Positions 57,050-64,000 of a stretch of 64,000 nucleotides of DNA are shown one piece after another. The notes under the pieces are model-generated. The model was not told where the DNA came from, made no database searches, and worked only from the letters and a program-made list of their open reading frames with translations. The position numbers and the translations under genes were made by a program. Numbering within the stretch: position 1 is the first letter of the stretch; the number at the start of each line of letters is the position of its first letter. The DNA is taken from NCBI GenBank assembly GCA_036170915.1, contig JAVHQC010000022.1:319420-383419 (forward strand), given 5' to 3'. Origin of the DNA: Cyanobacteria bacterium auto_48_18 (GTDB lineage Bacteria; Cyanobacteriota; Vampirovibrionia; Obscuribacterales; Obscuribacteraceae).

Positions 57050-57080
57050 TCAGGAAAGAGCCAATTGAGAGATTCCAAGT

Positions 57081-57404
57081 ATGCCCGAGCAGAGCGATGG
57101 CGATTTTGGCGGTGGAGCAGCCGTCGCCACCGAGACCAAAACCAAAACAAAGCGCCCGGCGCTATATAAAGTTTTGCTGCACAATGACGATTTCACCACC
57201 ATGGAATTTGTGGTTTTTATTTTGGAAAGCGTTTTTCACAAGAATACAGTTGATGCCCACACAATCATGATGGCTGTGCATAAAGCTGGCATTGGTGTGG
57301 CAGGCGTTTTTTCTTTTGAAATTGCCGAAGCCAAGGTAAACAAAGTAACTGAGCTGGCTCAAGCCAACGAGTTTCCGCTACGCTGTTCAATGGAAGAAGA
57401 ATAA
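57081..57404 (+). CDS. clpS: ATP-dependent Clp protease adaptor ClpS
   Basis: YKVLLHNDDFTTMEFVV, M..VH..G and FPLRC motifs. Confidence 0.96.
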   Translation: MPEQSDGDFGGGAAVATETKTKTKRPALYKVLLHNDDFTTMEFVVFILESVFHKNTVDAHTIMMAVHKAGIGVAGVFSFEIAEAKVNKVTELAQANEFPLRCSMEEE

Positions 57405-57420
57405 AGGCCAGATTATATAG

Positions 57421-59868
57421 ATGATTACGCGCGAATTGCAAAACACACTGAATGAAGCTTATAGCGAGGCCATGCGCCGTCGCCACGAATTTTTGACGCT
57501 GGAGCATTTGCTTTATGCCATGCTCAAAGAAAATACCGGCCGCGAGGTAATTGAAAACTGCGGCGGTGATCTCAAGTTTATCAAAACCGAGCTGGAAGCT
57601 TATTTTAAAGAAAAAATGGAGCAGCTGCCCAAGGGCAAAGACATTTTGCCTGAGCAAACAGCCACTTTTGAACGAGCCATCGAGCGTGCTCAAATTCAGG
57701 CTCACTCTGCAGGCCAACCCAGCATAGACAGTGGTCATCTGCTGGCTGCTATGTTCCATGAGAAAAGATCATTTGCAGTTTATTTGCTGGAACAATCAGG
57801 CATCTCTCGTCTGGATATTCTCAACTGGATCTCCCACGGAATTGCCAAAGGCAACACAAGTGACGAAAGCGATTTGCTCGAAGAAGTGGGAGCCGGCCCT
57901 GGTTCTGGACGTCCAGCCAAAACTAATCCGCTGGAAGATTTTTGTGTTGATCTAATTGCCCAGGCCCAAGAAAATAAAATTGATCCGCTAATTGGTCGTG
58001 AAGCGGAGGTGGAGCGCACCATCCAGGTACTCTGTCGCCGACGCAAGAATAACCCTATTTACGTCGGAGAGCCAGGTGTTGGTAAAACCGCTATCGCTGA
58101 AGGTTTAGCGCTTAAAATTCATCGCGGTGAAGTGCCCAAGCAGATTCAAGGTGCCGAAGTTTATGCTCTCGATATGGGTTCGCTTGTGGCCGGCACTAAA
58201 TTTCGCGGCGAGTTTGAAGAGCGTCTCAAAGGCGTGCTTAAGGCTTTAAAAGCAAAACCTGGCGTGATTTTATTTATTGATGAAATTCATACTATTGTGC
58301 GCGCGGGCTCTGTGGAAGGCGGTTCTATGGATGCCTCCAATTTGCTCAAACCTGCTTTAGCCAGCGGTGAACTGCGTTGTATCGGCTCTACCACTCATAG
58401 CGAGTATAAAGGGTCATTTGAAAAAGACAAAGCGCTGGCAAGACGTTTCCAAAAAATTGATATCACTGAGCCAAGCATTGCTGATACCATCAAAATTCTC
58501 AAAGGTCTGCAAGGTCATTATGAGGAGTTTCATGGTATCAAATACAGTGACGATGCCATTATCGCCGCTGCAGAATTGTCTGCCAAGCACATAAACGATC
58601 GCTTTTTACCTGATAAAGCGATTGATGTTATAGACGAGACTGGTGCGACGCTCAAACTTATTGATGAAGAAATTCGCCCCGATCGCACTGTGAGCAGCGA
58701 AGATGTTGAAACAACCGTTGCGCGCATGGCTAAGATTCCGCCTAAAACCGTCACTGGCTCTGACAAAGATCGCTTGCGTAACTTAGAAAGCGAGCTGAAG
58801 AAATTTATCTACGGACAAGACCATGCCATCGAGCAACTGGTCAATGCAATTAAAGTTTCGCGCTCAGGCCTTGGCTCTCCTACCAAACCAATCGGTTCGT
58901 TTCTCTTTTCTGGACCAACTGGTGTTGGTAAAACTGAACTTTCTAAACAACTAGCGAAAGTGCTGGGTGTAAATTTCTTACGCTTCGACATGAGCGAGTA
59001 TATGGAAAAGCACACTGTATCTCGTTTGATTGGTGCACCTCCTGGTTATGTTGGTTTTGATCAAGGTGGTATTCTCACTGATGCCATCAACAAGACACCA
59101 CACGCGGTGGTGGTGCTCGATGAAATTGAAAAAGCCCATCCTGATTTGTTCAATATTTTGTTGCAAGTCATGGATCATGCCACTCTTACAGACAACACCG
59201 GCAAAAAAGCGGACTTTAGAAATGTCATTTTGATCATGACCACCAATGCTGGTGCGCGCGACATGATGGCCGACAATATCGGCTTTAAGCGAGCCGCCAT
59301 GAAAGATGATGGTCCGCGCGAGATCAGTGGAGAAGAGAAAGAAAAATCAATCGCTCGCGGTGAGAGCAATAATTCAGGCTTCGGTATGGGCATGGGGCGC
59401 GGGGCAATTGAGCGCACTTTCTCACCAGAATTTCGTAACCGTCTTGATGCCTGGATAGCATTCAACCCGCTGACCTACAGAGATATTTTGCGCGTGGTGG
59501 ACAAATTCATCAACGAAGTAAAAGAGCAGTTAATAGAGAAGCGAGTGACTATGCAGCTAAGTGAAGCTGCACGCGTCTGGTTTGCCGAGAAAGGTTTCGA
59601 CAAACAGTATGGTGCTCGGCCCATGGCTCGTTTGATCAAACAGAAAATTCGTGAGCGATTGGCTGACGAGCTGATATTTGGTGTGCTTGAGCACGGCGGT
59701 AAAGTAGAGGTAGATGTGGCTGACGGTGAGTTTAAGATCGACTGCCAGCCCAAAGGCCCTGAAGACGAAGATGTAGACATCGAAGACTTTGAAGAAGCCG
59801 AGGAGATCAAAATGGGTGATCAAGGCCCAGAAGAGCAACCGGCCAAGAGCCCCGGGAAGGGAAGCTAG
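57421..59868 (+). CDS. clpA: ATP-dependent Clp protease ATP-binding subunit ClpA
   Basis: RRHEFLTLEHLL N-domain, two AAA modules (GEPGVGKT, GPTGVGKT), IGF loop, no middle coiled coil; follows clpS. Confidence 0.95.
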   Translation: MITRELQNTLNEAYSEAMRRRHEFLTLEHLLYAMLKENTGREVIENCGGDLKFIKTELEAYFKEKMEQLPKGKDILPEQTATFERAIERAQIQAHSAGQPSIDSGHLLAAMFHEKRSFAVYLLEQSGISRLDILNWISHGIAKGNTSDESDLLEEVGAGPGSGRPAKTNPLEDFCVDLIAQAQENKIDPLIGREAEVERTIQVLCRRRKNNPIYVGEPGVGKTAIAEGLALKIHRGEVPKQIQGAEVYALDMGSLVAGTKFRGEFEERLKGVLKALKAKPGVILFIDEIHTIVRAGSVEGGSMDASNLLKPALASGELRCIGSTTHSEYKGSFEKDKALARRFQKIDITEPSIADTIKILKGLQGHYEEFHGIKYSDDAIIAAAELSAKHINDRFLPDKAIDVIDETGATLKLIDEEIRPDRTVSSEDVETTVARMAKIPPKTVTGSDKDRLRNLESELKKFIYGQDHAIEQLVNAIKVSRSGLGSPTKPIGSFLFSGPTGVGKTELSKQLAKVLGVNFLRFDMSEYMEKHTVSRLIGAPPGYVGFDQGGILTDAINKTPHAVVVLDEIEKAHPDLFNILLQVMDHATLTDNTGKKADFRNVILIMTTNAGARDMMADNIGFKRAAMKDDGPREISGEEKEKSIARGESNNSGFGMGMGRGAIERTFSPEFRNRLDAWIAFNPLTYRDILRVVDKFINEVKEQLIEKRVTMQLSEAARVWFAEKGFDKQYGARPMARLIKQKIRERLADELIFGVLEHGGKVEVDVADGEFKIDCQPKGPEDEDVDIEDFEEAEEIKMGDQGPEEQPAKSPGKGS

Positions 59869-59871
59869 GGC

Positions 59872-60738
59872 GTGGATTTTCACGAGATTCTCAAGCATGT
59901 AGATGCAATTTTCCAGATGCAATTTTTGCCTCTGGGCAAAAGCAAAGTTTCGATCTACATGATTTTTTATATTGGTGTTTTGTTCACTATTCTATTAATG
60001 GTGACCAACAGTTTTAAGAACTGGATAGAACATACTTTGCAGGCGCACACTTCTACTGATGCTAACTTGCGTCAGGGAATTTCAAGCATTGCTCGCTATG
60101 TTGTCATATTTTTTGGTTCGCTCATTATTTTGCAAACAGCGGGCATCGACTTAAGCTCGTTTACCGTGCTTGCCGGTGCTCTTGGCTTAGGTGTCAGCTT
60201 TGGCCTCCAGGCTGTGACCACAAACCTGGTCAGCGGCTTGATTATCCTTTTTGAAAGACCGATTAAAATTGGCGATCGCATTGAAGTCGATGGTATAGCC
60301 GGTGATGTCATTCGCATTTCATTGCGCGCTACAACAATAGTGACTAACGACAACATCGCTATTATCGTGCCTAATTCTGACTTCATTAAAGGTAAGGTAA
60401 CCAACTGGAGTTATGCCAGCGATCGCATCAGGTTTAGTTTTCCTATTCCGGTTGCCCTCGAAGCTGATCCTGAACGCGCTGCCGCAGTGATTCTAGCGGC
60501 AGCCAATGGGCATCCTGGTGTTTTACATGAGCCTGCCGCAGATGTAATTTTTGTTGAATTTGGGCAAACAGCTCTTAACTTTTCCTTGCGAGTTTACACA
60601 GAAGAATTCTTGACCCGCCGCGATCAACTTAGATCAGAACTCAACTTTTCTGTGCACAAGGCCTTAAACGAACACGGCTTAGGCTTGGCCTATTCTCCAG
60701 TAATGCGTGCCGAAGTAGCGATGACGACATCTGTATGA
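59872..60738 (+). CDS. Small-conductance mechanosensitive channel (MscS family)
   Basis: GALGLGVSFGLQ...NLVSG.IILFERP.KIGD.I and VPNS.F....VTNWS motifs. Confidence 0.93.
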   Translation: MDFHEILKHVDAIFQMQFLPLGKSKVSIYMIFYIGVLFTILLMVTNSFKNWIEHTLQAHTSTDANLRQGISSIARYVVIFFGSLIILQTAGIDLSSFTVLAGALGLGVSFGLQAVTTNLVSGLIILFERPIKIGDRIEVDGIAGDVIRISLRATTIVTNDNIAIIVPNSDFIKGKVTNWSYASDRIRFSFPIPVALEADPERAAAVILAAANGHPGVLHEPAADVIFVEFGQTALNFSLRVYTEEFLTRRDQLRSELNFSVHKALNEHGLGLAYSPVMRAEVAMTTSV

Positions 60739-61439
60739 GTAAGCGAACAATACTTTCACTATTAGCTTGTCTGTTAACAACCGCACCGGCTTTGGCCGGC
60801 CCTGAGCTGCAATATCAAAACCCGAGAGCTCTCTATGATGCCGGCAAATATAGTCAGGCTTTGCTGGGCTTTGAAGCCATTGCCAGGGCTAAGCCAACAG
60901 ATGCTACCGCGCATTATTTCATCGGCCTTTGCTGTCAAAATCTTTTGCAGAAGAACCGTGCGGTCAAAGAGTTTCAGTATGTAGCTGCCACAAGCAGCAA
61001 TGCTCAGCTGAGGCAAATGGCGCAAAAAGCCCTGGCTGGATTGGCATCAAGCTCTCAAACGGTAACCACTGGGTTCTCTGCTCGCGATCGCGCTGCTGCG
61101 GCCAGTCGCTGGGCTAGCGTAGCCGCCCTTTCTGCTGGGCCCAATGTGGGCAGAGTGCGTGGTAGTCGCGTAAGAAAAGTAATTGAGTTTTACACAAAAT
61201 GGTGCCATGTCTGCAATGAATTTGCGCCGACATTTGAGCAGACCAAGAAAAATTACGACGGCCGGGTAGAGTTTCTGCAGCTTGATGCTGAAGACGCTAC
61301 TAATGCCGAAATGACGGCAAAGTATGCCGTTAAGCGTTATCCGACTTTGATTTATCTAGACACTAATGGCTTTGTGCTGCGGCGCAGTGAAGGAGCACCG
61401 ATGGGTGCTAATTTCGCTAATACCATTGAAAGTCTATAG
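60735..61439 (+). CDS. Exported TPR + thioredoxin domain protein
   Basis: Signal peptide, N-terminal TPR pair, WCHVC active site and RYPT cis-Pro motif. Confidence 0.85.
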   Translation: MSKRTILSLLACLLTTAPALAGPELQYQNPRALYDAGKYSQALLGFEAIARAKPTDATAHYFIGLCCQNLLQKNRAVKEFQYVAATSSNAQLRQMAQKALAGLASSSQTVTTGFSARDRAAAASRWASVAALSAGPNVGRVRGSRVRKVIEFYTKWCHVCNEFAPTFEQTKKNYDGRVEFLQLDAEDATNAEMTAKYAVKRYPTLIYLDTNGFVLRRSEGAPMGANFANTIESL

Positions 61440-61513
61440 AGTGGAATTGTTTGGCGGCAAGATTGTACCGGTTGCCGAGGTCATCAGTCGCATTAAGATT
61501 TCAGCGAAAGGAA

Positions 61514-61545
61514 AGCAAAGTACAGCAAAGTACAGCAAAGTACAG
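61514..61545. repeat. Intergenic 10-bp tandem repeat (AGCAAAGTAC)x3.2
   Basis: Read directly from the sequence. Confidence 0.9.
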
Positions 61546-61952
61546 TAAATAAAGGCAGGCATGGATGATGTGCCGCTAATTATGACCGTTTTCAATTGTC
61601 ACACAAGCAATTGCACTTTAGAGCGTGGTCCTTTGCTTTTTGTTTCAGGCCACTTAAGAGTGGAGAACCTGATTAAAGGTGGTGCTACAGTAATTGAGTA
61701 GGGCGATTTGAGACGCAGCGCTAGTGAACATGACACTGACTGGCGCGATGTTTTGATTGATGGGGTCTTTGCCAGCGAAGACGATATGCAGCCTGAAGCC
61801 GAACTTTTACCGGCGCACCACTCTGCTGGTAGAGAATTTTCAATCAGAAATCTGATACGAATCTGTCGATGAAAGATGGAAATTGAAAGTTAGACGAAAC
61901 TTAAGTCGTATTAAATAGATTTAGTGGTGCCACTAAAATTCAACTAAGTACC

Positions 61953-61976
61953 TGTCGACCCGCGTCGGCATTTTTT
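61953..61976 (+). terminator. Intrinsic terminator about 50 nt upstream of sulP
   Basis: TGTCGAC-CCGC-GTCGGCA-TTTTTT. Confidence 0.65.
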
Positions 61977-62027
61977 GTATAGATTTTTGTGCTTAGAGGT
62001 TCATGTTGACGGAACTCTGGAGGTTAG

Positions 62028-63593
62028 ATGACATCGAAAAAAATAGACAGCGGGCAGTCACCAGGGTTATCCGGAGAACTTTCGGCCGCCTTCCTTTTAC
62101 TATTAGTTGCCCTTCCACTTAATATTGGTGTTGCCATTGCTGCTGGTGTGCCCGCTGAGACCGGACTTTTTTCCGGCTTCATTGGTGCCGTGGTCACAGG
62201 AGGCCTGTCACGCTGCGCCATGCTCGTATCAGGGCCTGACGCGGGTATTGGCGCCTTAGTGGCCGAGATGCTGCAGAAACAAGGTGTGGCGGCTCTAGGC
62301 CCAATTGTCTTGATTGCTGGACTGATGCAATTAGCGATTGGTCTGAGCAGGCAGGCTCGATGGTTCCGGGCTGTTTCACCCGCGGTTGTGAGCGGCATGC
62401 TTCTCGGCATGGGTTTGCTGATTGTTGTCACTCAATTTCATATTATGCTCGACGACTCGCCCAAAGAAACTGGACTGGCAAACCTGGTGATGATTCCGCA
62501 AGCTTTCATGCAAGGTTTGAATCACAGTGCCGCATTGCTTGGGCTGGCTTCCATATTGCTGGCATACGGCTGGTCCAAGTTGAACTTCAAAGTGGCCAAG
62601 ATTCTGCCACCGGCTCTAGTGGCAATCGTTGTTGCCTCAGTCTGTGCTGAGATGCTTAATCTTGGGGTGCAAAAAGTACAAATTCCAGCAGATCTTGGGC
62701 TGGCATTTCTTCCCACCAAAGCTGGCTTGATGAAGTTCTTTCTTGATCCTGCTATCTGGATATCGGCTACGACGCTGACGTTTGTCATCAGCGCTCAATC
62801 GATTATTACAGTAAAGGCTTTAGAAGCTGCCGGAGAGGGAAGACAGCGCTTCAACTATGATCGCGAATTGATTTCGCAAGGTGCAGGTAATTTAGTCAGC
62901 GGCTTAATTTGTGGCCTCCCTGTGGCTGGAGTTTTACTGCGCAGTTCTGCCAACATGCAGACCGGAGCCAAGACGAAGATTCCAAATATAGTGCACGGAT
63001 GGTTGATGCTGATCGCTGCTTTTGCCTTTCCTCACTTGCTTGAATTTATCCCTACCTGCGCCCTGGCAGCGATTTTGGTTTACATCGGTCTGCGTATGGT
63101 GGCTACTATCCGCGGCACCATTGTGGACTATCCAAAAGACGAAAAGTTGCTCCTTGGCCTGACGGTTGTAGCTGTGCTGGTGACCAATTTGTTTACTGGC
63201 GTTCTCGTCGGTCTGGTGGCAGCCGTCGCTAAAGAACTTTATCGCTTAACTTATTTGAGAATTTCTATTTCAGAATTGAAAGCTCGCAAGGCGGTGGTCT
63301 TGAGACTTGAAGGCGCTGCCACGTTTGTCCACATTCCGCGTCTCTTAACCATTTTGCAAGAGCTTGAGCCTGATAAAGAACTGCACGTTCACTTAGAACA
63401 TGTAACTTACCTCGATCATGCGGTTTTGCAGGTGCTTATGGAATGGGAGATGGAGCATCGCAACATGCTGGTGATTGATTGGGAGTCAGCCGGAAACAGT
63501 GTATCCAATATAAACAAGCTGCAGAGCTCGGTTAATGTGCCTCAGACTTTTGGTCGCAAGCCTGATGACATACCGAAGCGAAGCGCGTCATAA
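62028..63593 (+). CDS. SulP/SLC26 family inorganic anion transporter
   Basis: VALPL..G.AIA.G.P, VSGP.AG, EL..QG.GN..SG...GLP....RSSAN and a STAS-like C-terminus; GGAGG RBS. Confidence 0.93.
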   Translation: MTSKKIDSGQSPGLSGELSAAFLLLLVALPLNIGVAIAAGVPAETGLFSGFIGAVVTGGLSRCAMLVSGPDAGIGALVAEMLQKQGVAALGPIVLIAGLMQLAIGLSRQARWFRAVSPAVVSGMLLGMGLLIVVTQFHIMLDDSPKETGLANLVMIPQAFMQGLNHSAALLGLASILLAYGWSKLNFKVAKILPPALVAIVVASVCAEMLNLGVQKVQIPADLGLAFLPTKAGLMKFFLDPAIWISATTLTFVISAQSIITVKALEAAGEGRQRFNYDRELISQGAGNLVSGLICGLPVAGVLLRSSANMQTGAKTKIPNIVHGWLMLIAAFAFPHLLEFIPTCALAAILVYIGLRMVATIRGTIVDYPKDEKLLLGLTVVAVLVTNLFTGVLVGLVAAVAKELYRLTYLRISISELKARKAVVLRLEGAATFVHIPRLLTILQELEPDKELHVHLEHVTYLDHAVLQVLMEWEMEHRNMLVIDWESAGNSVSNINKLQSSVNVPQTFGRKPDDIPKRSAS

Positions 63594-63614
63594 CAAAAAA
63601 TAAGGAGGTGGATT

Positions 63615-64000
63615 ATGGAGAAGAAGAAGAAAACTGTGGAAGACGGCCATGGTATCAGGCTATTGGTGCCGATCAAGGGTTTGACTTGCGGCGAAACCGT
63701 TCAGGATATTTTGTTTGCCAATAAAGACTTGCCCTTTCAGGAAGTCACCTTTTTGCATGTAATTGAAAACGACCTGCTCAGTGATCCGGCCTATACATCT
63801 ATGGAAGCAATCAGCCGACTTAGCTCACAAGATCGCAAAGCGATTGAAGCACGATTATTTCTTGAGGAGTTGTCTGCCAGAGTTGGGAGCTTTTTGCAAG
63901 CTGAAATTAAAAGTAGCGCTGTGGTGGCTGAGGATATTGCTAAATGCATTATCAATCAAGCTAAGAAAAATTCTTGCAATCTTGCCATTCTGCTCGCTGA
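63615..64000 (+). CDS. Universal stress protein (USP) family, truncated by the window end
   Basis: Not in the ORF track. AGGAGG RBS; translates MEKKKK..IRLLVPI..VTFLHVIE..DIAKCIINQAKKNSCNLAILLA, a USP pattern, open to the window edge. Confidence 0.7.
   Translation, partial: MEKKKKTVEDGHGIRLLVPIKGLTCGETVQDILFANKDLPFQEVTFLHVIENDLLSDPAYTSMEAISRLSSQDRKAIEARLFLEELSARVGSFLQAEIKSSAVVAEDIAKCIINQAKKNSCNLAILLA

Noticed and set aside
5707..61091. About seven GCGATCGC (HIP1) octamers noticed by eye
   Set aside because: Density is far below that of HIP1-rich cyanobacteria and all lie in coding sequence. A Markov-corrected count would be needed to claim enrichment.

Overview
A gene-dense bacterial chromosomal segment (about 50 CDSs plus one tRNA-Glu). 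I see no integrase, transposase, reverse transcriptase, CRISPR array or prophage. Housekeeping genes include xseA-xseB, hutI, a ferredoxin-NADP reductase, class II ribonucleotide reductase nrdJ with dcd, a photolyase/cryptochrome, comEC, a MoxR-DUF58-transglutaminase operon, glyQ without adjacent glyS, a ROK kinase, a TIGR01212-type radical SAM protein, clpS-clpA, MscS, and SulP followed by a USP. These are mixed with TPR, LRR, multi-MshEN and Tad-pilin-like proteins and long orphan proteins. That mix suggests a non-photosynthetic cyanobacterial relative (Vampirovibrionia/Obscuribacterales-like); this is an inference, not a database result. The most interesting unexplained signals are: (1) a multi-hairpin, terminator-ended candidate RNA and an operator-covered promoter in front of an apparently catalytically dead AddB/Cas4-like PD-(D/E)XK protein, divergent from xseAB; (2) a GTGGTATCAGA-type motif repeated every 34-36 bp upstream of an orphan coiled-coil gene; (3) a protein made only of four MshEN-like c-di-GMP modules, near two Tad-like pilins, one with a LecA-like lectin domain and one with a (Gly-Asp-Gly)n tail; (4) a RES-Xre toxin-antitoxin cassette with visible operators beside nrdJ, plus an orphan tandem 16-bp palindrome; (5) an 836-aa orphan with hydrophobic hairpins. 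All family calls come from motif recognition by eye and need HMM confirmation.
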